DNA of 64,000 bases from the human T2T-CHM13v2.0 reference genome, Homo sapiens: the NCBI RefSeq assembly GCF_009914755.1, contig NC_060927.1; one strand, 5' to 3'. Of this stretch, positions 42,188 through 55,347 are shown in pieces. A program made the translations under genes and the position numbers. Positions within the stretch are counted from its first letter, which is position 1. Each line of letters begins with the position of its first letter. The notes beneath the pieces are model-generated. The model did not search any database. It saw nothing but the letters and a program-made list of their open reading frames with translations, and was not told the DNA's origin.

Positions 42188-45100
42188 GCTAACACTTACC
42201 AATGCTTCCTCAGAGCTCGATGCTGCAGATTCATATGGCATTTCACCCTCATAATAACTCCACGATTATCATCCCTGTTATATAGATGAATCAGCTGAGG
42301 CTCTTAGAGATTAAATGCCTTGTTCAAGGTCACCCAGCTAGTAAGGATCAGGTCTGAAGGTTCCAGAGGCAGGGCCCATGATCACTGCACAGTAAGTCCC
42401 ATTCAGGGCACTCACGTCTGCTTATTGCTTAGAGAGGAGATAACTCACTGTCTCAGTGTCTAGAATGCCATATGCCTTGAATTTCTTTAATCAGCCCCTT
42501 AGAAGTGCAACTTATTGTGTTAGTGAATCCTATGCACCTCTCCCCACTTCATATTTTTGGAAGTGGTTTCCCTTACCTGGACAGCTGGTGATATACCTTA
42601 CAGATATAGCGTCATGTCCTCCTTGTAGCCTATTATTTGGTACTTTCATCCTCCAGCAGGATGATTCCTACTTTGATTGATATATGCTCACATGTATGGT
42701 GCTTTAGTAATTTAATAAGGTTGTTAAAATAAGGGTATCTGTGGTTTCATATATAAATATAGCAAATATATTTTAACAGGCAAAGGTTTCATGTTTCAAA
42801 TTACCCTTTTCAAGGGAACTAGTCACACTCAATTATTGTTCTGCCACACAAACTGGACAAATACACGATTTGAAAATGGAACAGCAAATTAAAATCCGTG
42901 CGAGGCAAAGAATACTGAGTAGCAGCCCCTTCCGAAGCTGACCACACTGCTTGATTAAGTTCTTACGAGGCGGTTTGGTAAGAGGCCCTTTCCTGATCTG
43001 ATAACTGCCACGGAGAAGCCAAATGCAGAGTCAATCTGCAAATACTTAATCCTCCAGAAGGCAGATTAAGTGTATAATTGACCTATATAATCCATGTATC
43101 ATCTCCAGTCAAATGTTCCCTGGGCCTGGTTCCCAATGACACGGGGCCTGAAGAAAGCCAGTGCGGATGCGGCATTACTACCAATGTGGATTCCATCCAA
43201 GTTCGAGATGGCTTTTTAATCACTCATCTCCGAGCCTGTGAGGTTTAAGCAGATGAATTCACCCTAAGCACATCTCTTTTAATCCCGATTTTCTTCTCAG
43301 TCTGTGTCTTCAAGAAGTACAAGGAAGAAAGAAAATTAATTTTTGTTTAGACCTTGAAATCTTAGGTGCGTCTCTTGATGATCTGATCTCTAATTTCAAA
43401 AAGCATGTTTTTATTTTGGGGAAGATGTTGAATTAATCACTAGAGAAGGAGGGAAAAGCCATCTGCATGATTTATGGATACTCCAACTTTAAATCACTGT
43501 CTTCAAGTTATTTCTTGAGCTTGTGCTTTCCTCTGTAGCTGCTGCTTTAGGAATATGGAGATTATTTCATATCCATGTTTTATATTTTCTTTGAATGTCA
43601 GCAATAATTTTCAAGAAGGCTAAGCTTCCACTTGAGTCTCACAGCAGTCTGATCTTCTTTTAAAAATTCAGCATCTTTAATCTACTTGAATTCATTGTTT
43701 TTGTGTATATTGGAATATTCTCTTACTTTAAATCTCAGTTTGTTTTGTTTCAAAATGTTATAAACTGTTATTCTGCAGCAACTGAAAACAATATACAATT
43801 ACACTTCATTTTTTATGAAAAAATATAAAAACGCAGATAAAAAATGTCCAGCTGCACATCTGAAATATTATGGGAAACAGTTTGCCGATTCTTTTCTGAT
43901 CAGCACTTTGTCTTGGATTGGTTAGTTTTTTTCTTAGGTGCGTTATCAAAAAAGTCATTAGTATTTTATAGAAAGACTAGGTAAATCAATTATATTAATA
44001 AACAAAGGAATCTTAATGGCAAAAGCAACCCAGTTAGGCAACATTATGTCCAAATGTATTTCTCCAATAAACCTAGAGAATGCTTGGTTAAAACAAAAAA
44101 AATCGGTGAGGATGAATTTGGAAAGCCTGTTCTTAAGTTACGTAATAAAATAGATAAAAATGCAGAACATCAAATATAGAGTCCCAAATGCTATGCCGAT
44201 AATCTCCCACAAGCACCCACTTCCAGCCAAAAGTACAATGACGTGGCAGAGAGAAAACTAGCTCAGAGAGCACTGGGTAGGGGCCTAGTTAAAGCAGAAA
44301 ATGCACCGTTAAATGACCAGCTATTAATCCAAATATTCTCAAATACAAACACACACTAAAACCATCCAGCCTTTTCTACAAGGGCACACTCAGAAGGGCA
44401 AAAACAGGAACAATACCAAACAGCAACAACTTAAAGGACTTATCAGGTAAATAAAACTGAGACTTGAAACACAGTTAAAAACACAACAGGAACTCTTAGA
44501 ACATGCCTCTGAATGACAGATGCCAGCAGGAACTAAAAACCAGAGAATGACACAACAGTCAGAATCAACAACCCCCAAACAGCAAACAATCTCGGAGATA
44601 TATATTTTTTTCTTCATTCAAAATGTTAATTTGCTATTATTCATTTTTGCCATTTATCAAAATGCAACGATTTGGAAGAAAAATCTCACAGAGCAACAAG
44701 TCTTTCTCAATAGGTTTCTGCCAATTGTTTAGAAACTTGCCCCAGGACCCCTATCATTAAGGAATGGGATTTAAAGAATAAGTTCATTTGCAGCAAGAAA
44801 TTTAGAGTGGCAGCTTTCACAGACCCTTCTGCCTTGATATTCCTATTCCCTTGTTTAGCTTGGTGGACACAAGAGATTTGCAGAGCATGTACACAAAGAA
44901 ATAAACACCATGCTTGAGGAAACAGAAGCCGAAAATAATCAAACATGTTGGTAATCTGATGTTTTGCTGCTAGATTATAGAAAAACAGTAAGTACTGAAT
45001 TAAATTACTAAGGCTGCATGGTAATGAAGCTTTTCGAGAAGCTCTGGGTTTTTAAAATGACAAATGTTTTAAATCCATGACAGATTCAATAACTTTTTTT

Positions 45101-47656
45101 GCACTACATCAGTTAGGTTGCCTAGCACCAATATTCTGTAAAGTAGGAGATCAGGTTATTTAGAAAGTAAGAAAGTAAATGGCAAAGAAACTTGTTATCT
45201 CTAAATAAGCTCCTGAAAAATTTTTTTTTTTCCACGGGGCCGGGAGTGATGTGCAGTGAGTGATTGTAATAGTTAAGCCTTTACCATCAGATATACTCAG
45301 GAGGGTATAACTAAGACTCCGTTGGGAAAACCAAATTGGGACAACATCAGACTAAATTGTGGGGGTTTCCACAATGTTACTGATGCTATTTTATGCTGGT
45401 CAGTGGAATTCAACAAGGGACTGGAGTTACTTGTGAATTTTTGAATGTCCCTAACTATAACTTGCTTTCGGAAAAAAATATTCTCAGTAATATTTCTTTT
45501 TACTATTAATTTACTATTAATTAATTAATTAATTAATTAAAGGCTGGAGGGCTTGAATTTTGCCTGTGGTCTTCAACAGTCAGGCAAGTCCAGTTTTACC
45601 ACCTGTACTAGCCAAGGCTGCACTTTTCCTTTTTAAATGAAGATTTGGTTGCACTTTCCTTTAAGAAGAGCCACAAAAGAGATAATGTGCCTTGCTGCGT
45701 TCAGCAAGGCTACCTTGCTTGTACTTCTAATTTCAAAAAAAGAGAGGCAAGGGTGGATTATTTGTCAATTAAGTAACAAGCTAAACTGCAGATTAAACAT
45801 CAAATTCAGTACTAGATTTAAGTTTTAGAGAACACAAGGTTATTGGTTATTCACACACACTCACACAATAACACACACACACGTACACACGGGCCACATA
45901 AAACTGAGAATCGGAAGATACTGATCAAAGGAAAAAGAAAGGCAACCTAGGCATTGAAAAGGACAACCCACAGGCTTCTTGAATATTTGTGGTTTGGAAT
46001 TTAATTCAATGGAGATGGGCAGAGTGTCCACACTCCTAACTGCAGACCCGAGGGTCCTGCCTGTCTCTGTTTTCAATGCCTATTGGATGGTGATTGTGCC
46101 CCGGACATTCTAGGCTCAGTACTTTCATATAAGGCATGCATGCAGAGAAGGGGGAGGACCCGCTGGTGAGCTTTATGCATGTATGAGGCATTCTCAGTGG
46201 ATGTGGGTCATGCTAGAAGATGTACACAGGAAGATTATTTGATTCTAATTCATGCCACTTGATATAATGTGATAAAACATTTGACATGAGAGATAAGTTC
46301 CATTTTTATCTGAGAGAGGATGGGTGGGAATTAAAAAGTAAGAAGGGTTTTGTCGAGGAAAGGTGATGCAGGGGAAAGAGGGGTATCAAGCACAGAAAGG
46401 GGACGATTGGAAAAGAAAAGAAAAAAAAAGAAAGGAGCCTTTCTACACACGAGGAAAGCAAATGAGCTGGAAGTCAAAGCATATAAAAGTCAGAAGCCGC
46501 AGAATCAGAAAGCGGTGCCAACAATGAGCTCACTTAGCTGTGGAACAAAAACACACACACATACACACACACACAAACTCAATGTAAATTGCTGAACACA
46601 ATCACAGAAAAAAAAAAATAGAAACATGGATTCCATAGTAGACCAAAACATTAATGTTCGCATTGGCACTAAAAATATGGAAACCTGGACAGGAGGAGCT
46701 CACGTTTCACAAGACAGAAGTAGGCTGCACACTCAGAGCCACAGGGAGACAAGAACATCAGCTTCCATGCACTCTGGCCGGGTCTACACTGGCAAATTCG
46801 GTGGAAACCCGAGATGAAATATCTGGCTAAATTAGGTAGCCTCATCTGCTTTGGCCTAAAAGAGATAGGCAATTTGAGACTGAAGCAGGTTCCTTTTTTT
46901 TTTTTTTTTTTTCTTTTTGCCTCAGTGGCTTGCTTTGCTGTGCAGATGCAGTCTCAGTGGAAATAAGATTGCTCAAAAATGATTAACCCTTGGTAATCTG
47001 CATTTTCTGAAGTTTGATCTGGGTCCGCAGCCCAATGTACTCATTCTTTGTACACCTGTTTCTCATAAATTATCAGCTGGCTGGGTGGGCAGGGGGCGCC
47101 ATGGTTTAAAGCTGCAACTGACTGAGCAACTCTAATGTAAGTGTTTGCCAAAACCCAGGGTAAGGATTTCCAGTCTTCCAGGAATGAAATTATCTTTGAA
47201 GTGATAACGATGCGACATTTACTGCACATCTGCACACCACAGCTGGTGTCAGGGAGGCGCCACCCCCAGGAGAGGGAGTTGGTCTCAGCCTCCCTGATGA
47301 GAATATCTCCCTAAAGTGAGGCCAGATTGCAAGGAGGAAAACCATGACCAAGAAAGGTCTTTGCCAGTTAGAGAGAGCTGCCTTGCAAGCTTCGTGCAGG
47401 AATGAGCCTGCTTGCCGAGAGGCTGTGTGCCGTCCTACGTATCACACAGATTGGGACTGAGACACTGCCACACCAGAGTGGGTTCAGAACAGACACAAGA
47501 CAGATAAGAGCCTAAGGCAGAGGGAGAGGAAAAGATTTAGTCTGAATCAGAACCAATCCATTTTCTCAAAATGTGACTTATCCTCCTGTCTCTTATTTTG
47601 TCACATTTTGGAGGGTCTCCTCCTTGGTTTTCAAGGAGGAGAAGGCATTTACTTAC

Positions 47657-47764
47657 ATCAAATAACCTTTCTATGTACATCTCCTCATTGACCTTATCAC
47701 GCAGGACATCCTGAGAATGGCGGACGAAAGTCACGTAGGCGTCGGCCACGTCCATCCCGGGTTT
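47657..47764 (-). CDS. CADPS: CADPS internal coding exon, 108 nt ([36 protein letters not shown]); carries the A-to-I recoded Glu codon
   Basis: Acceptor cctgtttctttacag|AAA, donor GAT|gtaagt. Lies inside track ORF 47537..47827; recognisable CAPS1 C-terminal region. Confidence 0.97.
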
Positions 47765-48266
47765 CTGTAAAGAAACAGGAAAACATGAAAACGAATTTTC
47801 AGACAGCCACTCTTCCTTGTTTACCATTCACTTGTACCCTCTACTTGCCCTCACACACCCTGAGATGCTTCTGCTGGATCAGCTTTGTAGGCATGGGATT
47901 GCTGTCCACAGCCTGGGCTGGTAGGAATTGATATTAGAACTGCTTCCTCTTTCCAGAAATCAAGCCTGGCTAAGAAGGGCATTGAGATTGTAGGATTTTA
48001 TAAATAGTTTTTCTATGATAAATTTTTTCCTGGCAAATTTATCTAATGGATAAATCTTTACTGCATAACCCATAGATGTTCTCTGACTTTGCCTTGGATT
48101 GAAACCTGCATTAAAGAATATCCAAACATACTGTTTTCCACTGTCCTTAATATATTATCAGACGGGTGATGGAACTTCCCATTCCTTTTTCCTCTTTTAA
48201 AATATTGAGAAAGTACTAAGTAAAAAAAATTGTGTTTCAATCTATACCTCTTCCTACCCAAGTCTC

Positions 48267-48268
<2 letters not shown>

Positions 48269-48308
<40 letters not shown>
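48269..48308. repeat. (TG)20 microsatellite
   Basis: Read directly from the sequence. Confidence 0.95.
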
Positions 48309-48312
<4 letters not shown>

Positions 48313-51265
48313 GCTTAACCTGAGTGGATATAGTATTTGCTAATTAATTAGTTCACTCAGAGGAGACACTAAACCATTTGTCTTTGCTTCCAGTGCAGCC
48401 TTAAAGTCCAAGGATTAAAAAGAAGAAGAAGAAGAGAAGAAACAAAAGGCAGGGGAAGGAGGAGAGGATTTGATTTTTAAATAAATCAGATTTTCTGGAA
48501 AGGTAAGCTGGTGGTTCATCCTGCAGTTAGGAAATGACTTATTGTAGGGAAGTAAAAAAAAAAAGAAACTCAGAAAGCACTCTGCTTGAGATGTCACAAT
48601 CAAAGTTATCTCCAAAGAAACCTATTAAAACACTGTAATATAGGTCATTAGGAGAGTGGCCACAAACCCCTCAAATTTCCACAGTAGATATATATGTCTG
48701 CTAATAACTAAAAAGATTAGTTTTCATTACTGTGATTTACCTTAGATCACAAAGTATCATTTCTCTACTAGACGTGACTGTCAGGCACTGTAAATTGAAG
48801 TTAGTTAACACTTCTGTGTAATTTCCAGGGTGAAAATGAGGAAGGTTTAGAAACAGTAGGACTGTATTTTTTTTTCCTGATACAAAGCAAACAATTATCA
48901 TGCAAAGGGCCAATGCTTGGCCCCTGGGATGCTAGTAACATTTCTTAACACCTGCTGAAACAATGACAAGGTATTAATTTGAAAAACAATGAGGACAACC
49001 CAAAGCCACAGTAGTCAAGTGTTACACTTTCAAACAATTTTCAGCGAATGGATTGAGCAGGTTCCATGATGGTCCTATAATTGTTGCAGTTTTATGATAC
49101 AAAACAATAGAGGTTCTCCAATGAGATGTAAGTGATAGCTATCAGTTCTAAGCAGGCACCTCTCTCCTTCTCTCCGTTTGGCAACTGTGCATCAAAGGGC
49201 ATTCTCAGTAGGGATGGGGATCTCTACCTGGGGGACTTGAGAAACTTATTATTGTTTCTATTTCTCCCCTGGTGATGCTTGTGGCAATATGGCCTTTTCC
49301 TGGGCGCATGCAACCATCTTAGAGCTAAGGTACAAAGTCAAGTGCGGCAGATCTATCAGTAACCCAAAATGTTAGAAGAAACAGTAATCTACAATGATGC
49401 GTATTTGCACCACTCCTTCTCTTTTCACGAAGTTTCACTGTCTTCAAAGGGGCACTTCATTCAAGTTTTAAAAACTCTGGTATTTTAAAAAATCAGTGTG
49501 GTTCATCTTACCCATGTAGTTAAGAAACTCCATGATTTGCTCCCTTTTGACTCTTCTTTTTCCAATAGCACTTACCAATAGCTGATGTTGTATTATACAC
49601 TATTTGTTTTCTCTCTTATCCCACTAGAACATAAGCTCCATGAACCCAGGAACTTTGTTTGGCCTGTTTTCTATTGCATCCCCAGCATACAAAATGGTAC
49701 CTAGCATATAGTAGGGGCCCAGTAAATATTTGCTGAATGGACAAATTCAAGAATGAATGAGCAAATCCTTTCTCCATCTCCTCCTTTTTCAAGCTCTTCA
49801 GTCACACTGCATGGATTTTTACTGGATCTCCCACAAATTGGAATTTGTGAATATCACTTAAACTTTTCTGTAAAAGAAGAGTTAAAAAAAAACTTCTCTG
49901 GGCCTTAGTTATGCTATCTATAAAATGGGATTACTAACAGCTCCCCTACTTACCTCCACGGACTGTTATGGTCATCAGCTAGAATAATGTATGTAAAAAT
50001 GTTTTGAAAGCCATATATTGTAATACAAACATGAATTACTATGATTCCCCCCCCCATAATATTATACCATTCCACAGCCTTACCTACCTTTAGAATCTAC
50101 TCTAGAACCAAGAAGAAAAGGGGGCCTCAGAGGAGCCAACGTCAAAATAAAAATGATAAAGCCTCAGCACAAAACATGTGTAGTTTTCTCATAATGGAGT
50201 CCTCAAGCTCCCACTCCCAACCAATTCCAACAAGTTTGGTTTCCATCCCTTGATGGAGCAGAAATAGGGAAGAGGGGGATTGTTTGAAAAAACTGTGCAG
50301 ATAAGAGAGAGCTATCATTTTTCCTTATGCCTGACGGTGAGGGAGGAGGCTGCCCAACTGCAACACCAGACATGCAGACTCACCAACCGCTGGGGTTTGG
50401 GACTATCGAGGGCAGGGGCAAGCCTCCCCTATATCTTGGGAGGCCCTGGAGGGGAGTGGGTCACTATGCAGCCACTGGGGAAAGACATGGTCACAATGGT
50501 GATCCTGAGTCATTGAGAAAAGATTATAGTCAGTACCCTGTTTAAAAAGGCAAGAAGGTTGTGTAATGCATTTCAAGTAGATTTCCAATCAAAACAATTA
50601 AAAGAAAAACTGTTCACAAACAAGCTAACCCTTAGTTATAGCTGGAAAATATACTTGACCAGACAGCTGATACTATTAAATTATGCTTTTATATCATTGT
50701 GCTACCCGCACACACTGGGACAAACTTTTAGATGTTTTTTAATATCTCATAATGACATTGTGTATTTTAAATGTGGCTTGGACAGACTGATTGAATATGA
50801 CATAGATTTTAGAAAACACTTAAACAAATATCTGTATAGTTAACTGCATCCATGTGTGGAAGACATAATTTGTGAATAAGCTACCCTGTGGCTCAGAAAA
50901 AGAAGAACATTTTAATCTGAACTTGCCCCTACCGGAATACTTCTGAGCTTGAGAAAAATGAGCTCAAACTTCCAGCATCCTAAGTCAGCCCTACTTATGA
51001 ATGCAAATCTCCTACATATACCAATGGGTCAAAAACTACATCTAAAACAAAGACATATGCTTTGGGGATCATGTAATGTTTTAGGTGACTGGTACTAGAA
51101 CTTCCCTCCAGTAGTGTGGATAGTTAAGAGACAAATCTCAAAGGTGACTAACTGCTAGTGCCCACATGGAACTAAACCATTAAATGTTCTAACAAAAACC
51201 TCACAGGGAAACACAGGTGATCTCAGAGGCTTCAGAGATAGAAATGAGTTGAGAAATGATTTTAT

Positions 51266-51720
51266 CTGATGGTTCTTAAGCCTGGCTGCAAATCTGAAGG
51301 ACCTGGGGAGCTTTAAAAATACTGATGTCTGGGCCCTGAACCCCAAAGATGCTGTTTCAATTTTGTCTGGCAAGTGACCTGGGCATTAATGCTTGCAAAA
51401 GCTCCCTAGTTTCCAATATGTAGCCAAGGTCAAGAATCACTGATTTAGTCCATTGGTTTCCCAACTTGTACTACTTATCAGAATTATGTGAAGAACTTAA
51501 TGGAAAGCAATATCCAGGCTCCACCCCAGAATGACTGAATCAGAATCTCTGGAGGTGAGGGCCTGGGACTCTGTATTAACAAAACAAAAACAATTATGTG
51601 CCCATTAAAAAATAATAATAAAAGCTGAATATATTAATTAATAAAAAACAAAAACAAACCAGAAATTTTTTTTTTTTTTGCCAAGTATTGCTGCTGTACA
51701 TTCTAGTTTGGGGACTGCTG
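51266..51720. mobile_element. Two adjacent MER5-type elements
   Basis: cctggggagctttaaaaatactgatgtctgggcc and ccaccccagaatgactgaatcagaatctctgg. Confidence 0.6.
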
Positions 51721-51737
51721 ACTTAATAGGTAATAGT

Positions 51738-52264
<527 letters not shown>

Positions 52265-53008
52265 GAAGTGCAGGCTTTATGGTCCAACTGACAGCACCTG
52301 ATAGTCACACTCTGCTTATTCACCAGGTGACCTTGGGCATGCTAATTAACCTCTTTGTGCCTCAGTTTCCTCAGCTATAAAACAGAATGATAATATTAAC
52401 CCCTCCTAGGATTGATTTCAGAAGCAAATGATTACTATTATCTACCATATATAAACAATGTACATATAGAATATACGTGTATTATGTACTATTGTTTTCT
52501 ATAAAATTGTTATTTATTTACTAAAAGGTTTACTATAATATTATTAGCTATTAAAGCGTATGTTAATCAACTTAACATTTAGCTTTGTCCTAAGTCATTA
52601 ATAGCTGGTAAAAAAATACTTTTTCTAATATGCACTAAAATAATTACCACTATCCAAATCAAGGTGTTTGTTTATGCACTAACTGGAATTATCTTGCAGT
52701 ATGGCAGAATTTGTAAGGGCATTGGCTTAAATCTCAGCTCTTCTACTAACCCGATGTGGGATCCTGAGCAAATTAACTTCTCTGTGCCTTAGTTTCCTCA
52801 TATTTAAAGTGAGGTTATTGTGAAGATAAAATGTAAACTGTTTTAGTGAGTACTTTATAACGCTTGGTTGTAGTAGCAGTAATAGTAGTTATTATATTTT
52901 GTATAATCAGTGGTAAATGTACCACATTTTGGAACATGCTGCATCAACTTCTTCTGCCCTCCAGAGTGTGAAAACTCTACTAATTCAATTTGTTTCCTCA
53001 TAGCCTAA

Positions 53009-53382
53009 TGACATATGGTTTGGCTGTGTCCCCACCCAAATCTCATCTTGAATTATAGCTCCCACAATCCCCAAGTATCATGGGAGGGACCCAGTAGGAG
53101 GTAATTGAATCATGGGGGTGGTTACCTCCAGGCTGTTCTTGTGATACTGAGTGAGTTCTCAGGAGATGTCATGGTTTTACGGGGGCTTTTTTCCTTTCAC
53201 TCATTCTTCTTACCTCTGCTGTCTTGTGAAGAAGGACGTGTTTGCTTCCCCTTCCGCCATGATTGTAAGTTTCCTGAGGCCTCCCCAGCCATGCCGAACT
53301 GTGAGTGAATTAAACCTCTTTCCTTTATAAATTATCCAGTCTCTGGTATGTCTTCATAGTAGCATGAAAATGGACTAATGCA
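53009..53382 (+). mobile_element. THE1 (MaLR) solo LTR
   Basis: tg...atatggtttggctgtgtccccacccaaatctcatcttgaatt ... aatggactaatgca; 5-bp TSD cctaa at 53004-53008 and 53383-53387. Confidence 0.92.
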
Positions 53383-53522
53383 CCTAACGAGTCTTCTAAT
53401 TTAGCATAATTAATCCATAAACACTTAATGAGTACAGATCAGGGCACCCTGCATTTTGATATAGAGTCCACTTACTGCCCTCCCATCTTTATAATAAATC
53501 TGAACCTAGCTTGCAGGAATTA

Positions 53523-53602
53523 TTAGATCGAATCATATGAAATGGCTGATATTTGACTTCTTTGACCTCACCAATATGCCAATTTCATGTGGTTCAATCT
53601 AA
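53523..53602. mobile_element. MADE2 mariner-derived MITE
   Basis: 80 bp with inverted ends ttagatcgaatcatatgaaat / atttcatgtggttcaatctaa. Confidence 0.7.
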
Positions 53603-54854
53603 CATAACCTGATGTTAGTACCAATGGCTGGATCAAGTTTCTCTAGGTGTTTGGGCCTTGTCTACAGGCCACCTGTTCAAACCTGGCTGAGATACCCCCT
53701 CTGCTCTGGATCCTACAGAGAATAGACCACAGCTACCAAATCTTTGGGTCGAAAGCCGAGAATTTCAATTTCTATCACTGTTGAAGACCAGTGGAGCCCA
53801 ACGCTGATGTCTGCAAATTCATCCCCCATCCATCTATATGCAATAGAGTGTGGACATCACACTACCACCACCACGTGTGTCCTTCTCCTGGACTGAAATT
53901 CCTAATAAGTGCCAGGTATGGTGCTGGATGTTCTATGTATGTTGTGTCATTTAATTTGCACAGCAAACCCATGACTTAGGTATTATCGTCATCTCCATTT
54001 TAAAGATGGAGAAACAGGGCCAGAAAATTTGAGTAGTTAGCTCCCCACGAAGGGAAAGTTTATACTTTGGAGGCTTGAGAAAGTAAATTACTTAAGTTCT
54101 CTCCCTGCTGCAGTTATGTGAGCTTTTTCTATTCTCCATTATAAGAACTGTCTACCTGAAGGAGTCTGAGGTTTGTGGATAGGAAGTATCATATAAATTC
54201 AAAGCATAATTATTGATTGTACATTCTTTCATTAAACAAACACAATATATGCTAATGCTAAATTCACTCCAATTTTCTATTTTGTCTTCCTTTGAGAAAT
54301 AAGCCAGTAAACCATTACACACTTAGCTTCCTGGGGAAATGAATTTAAATGTTAATACAAATCCTTTTAGAAAAAAACAAATTTTAACAAATAAGTATTT
54401 GAACAAGGGGGGTACTTAACCACGTTCAGAATGAGAAATGCTTAGTACAAGACCCTTGGTGGCTGTTGAGATAAGCTCTCTAAATTTAATATTTTATAAT
54501 AGACTCACACCTCTTTTGTTAGAAATGGAGAAACAAAATCATTTTCTTTTTCACTTTACTGGAATATATTAAAATCTCTCCAATTTTATTTTGCTAATAG
54601 GCAGGGCAAAGTCTGTCCATAAATGTATCCTGATTTATCACAGGTAATCCCACACTTTAGCATTCATGTGTTGTACTTAACCTCAATTTAAATGTAAATT
54701 TTGGGAAACTTCGAGTGCTTTATCTGTGAACTTTGAGAGCTCTCTTCATTAATGAGGCCTGCACTAAATTATAAGCAGTTTTGTGAGGTTTCCTTAAAAC
54801 AATTGCAGAATTGACCCCAAAATGAACAAATTTAGAATTTATTTGTTTTTTTTA

Positions 54855-54929
54855 TTAGGTTGGTGCAAAGAAATTATGTTTTCCACATTTTTAATTGCAA
54901 AACCACAATTAAGTTTTTCATCAACCTAA
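54855..54929. mobile_element. MADE1 (Hsmar1-derived) MITE
   Basis: ttaggttggtgcaaa ... tttcatcaacctaa; palindromic, ~75 bp. Confidence 0.8.
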
Positions 54930-55314
54930 CAAAAAATACTATCACCCTTGTGCAAGTTTCTAGCTTCATGGCTTTCCTCTGAAGGTGTGCACACAGGAGG
55001 GTTGGTGAACATGATGAAAACAGAATGAAACAACAGAGAAACCAATGAAAATGAAAGTGAAAGTGAAGTGGGTTTACCCTCAAACAGGACCTTTCTTCCT
55101 GATGAAAGAAACCATACCGTCTTCTTATCTGAAAAAAAAATTCTACTACAAAATATTCTTGGCTTCTTTCTGATGATCCAAGTCAGCAACACACAGTTTA
55201 GCTAGCAGCAATTAATATGAGTAGCACTATCAAAATTCTCATGAAAACAAAAAGTAAAAATGAAAAAAAAAAAAAACAAAAAAACCCCACGAGAAACAAT
55301 TTTCAAATACTCAC

Positions 55315-55347
55315 AGGTACATCCACATATTTGGAAGCTGCCTTCAC
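55315..55347 (-). CDS. CADPS: CADPS internal 33-nt coding exon (VKAASKYVDVP), phase 0/0
   Basis: Minus strand reads ctcttctttcctctttag|GTG AAG GCA GCT TCC AAA TAT GTG GAT GTA CCT|gtgagt. The peptide matches the remembered CAPS1 sequence and joins in frame to the next exon. Confidence 0.95.

Noticed and set aside
42571-42590. ccag|gtaagg as a recursive splice site
   Set aside because: No adequate polypyrimidine tract upstream.
45852-46575. Other imperfect (UG)n tracts as cryptic-exon markers
   Set aside because: No strong adjacent donor/acceptor pair found, unlike 30486-30522.
47537-47827. 96-aa ORF (and 12593..12841) as stand-alone genes
   Set aside because: Only the part between splice sites is CADPS coding; the flanks are intron read-through.
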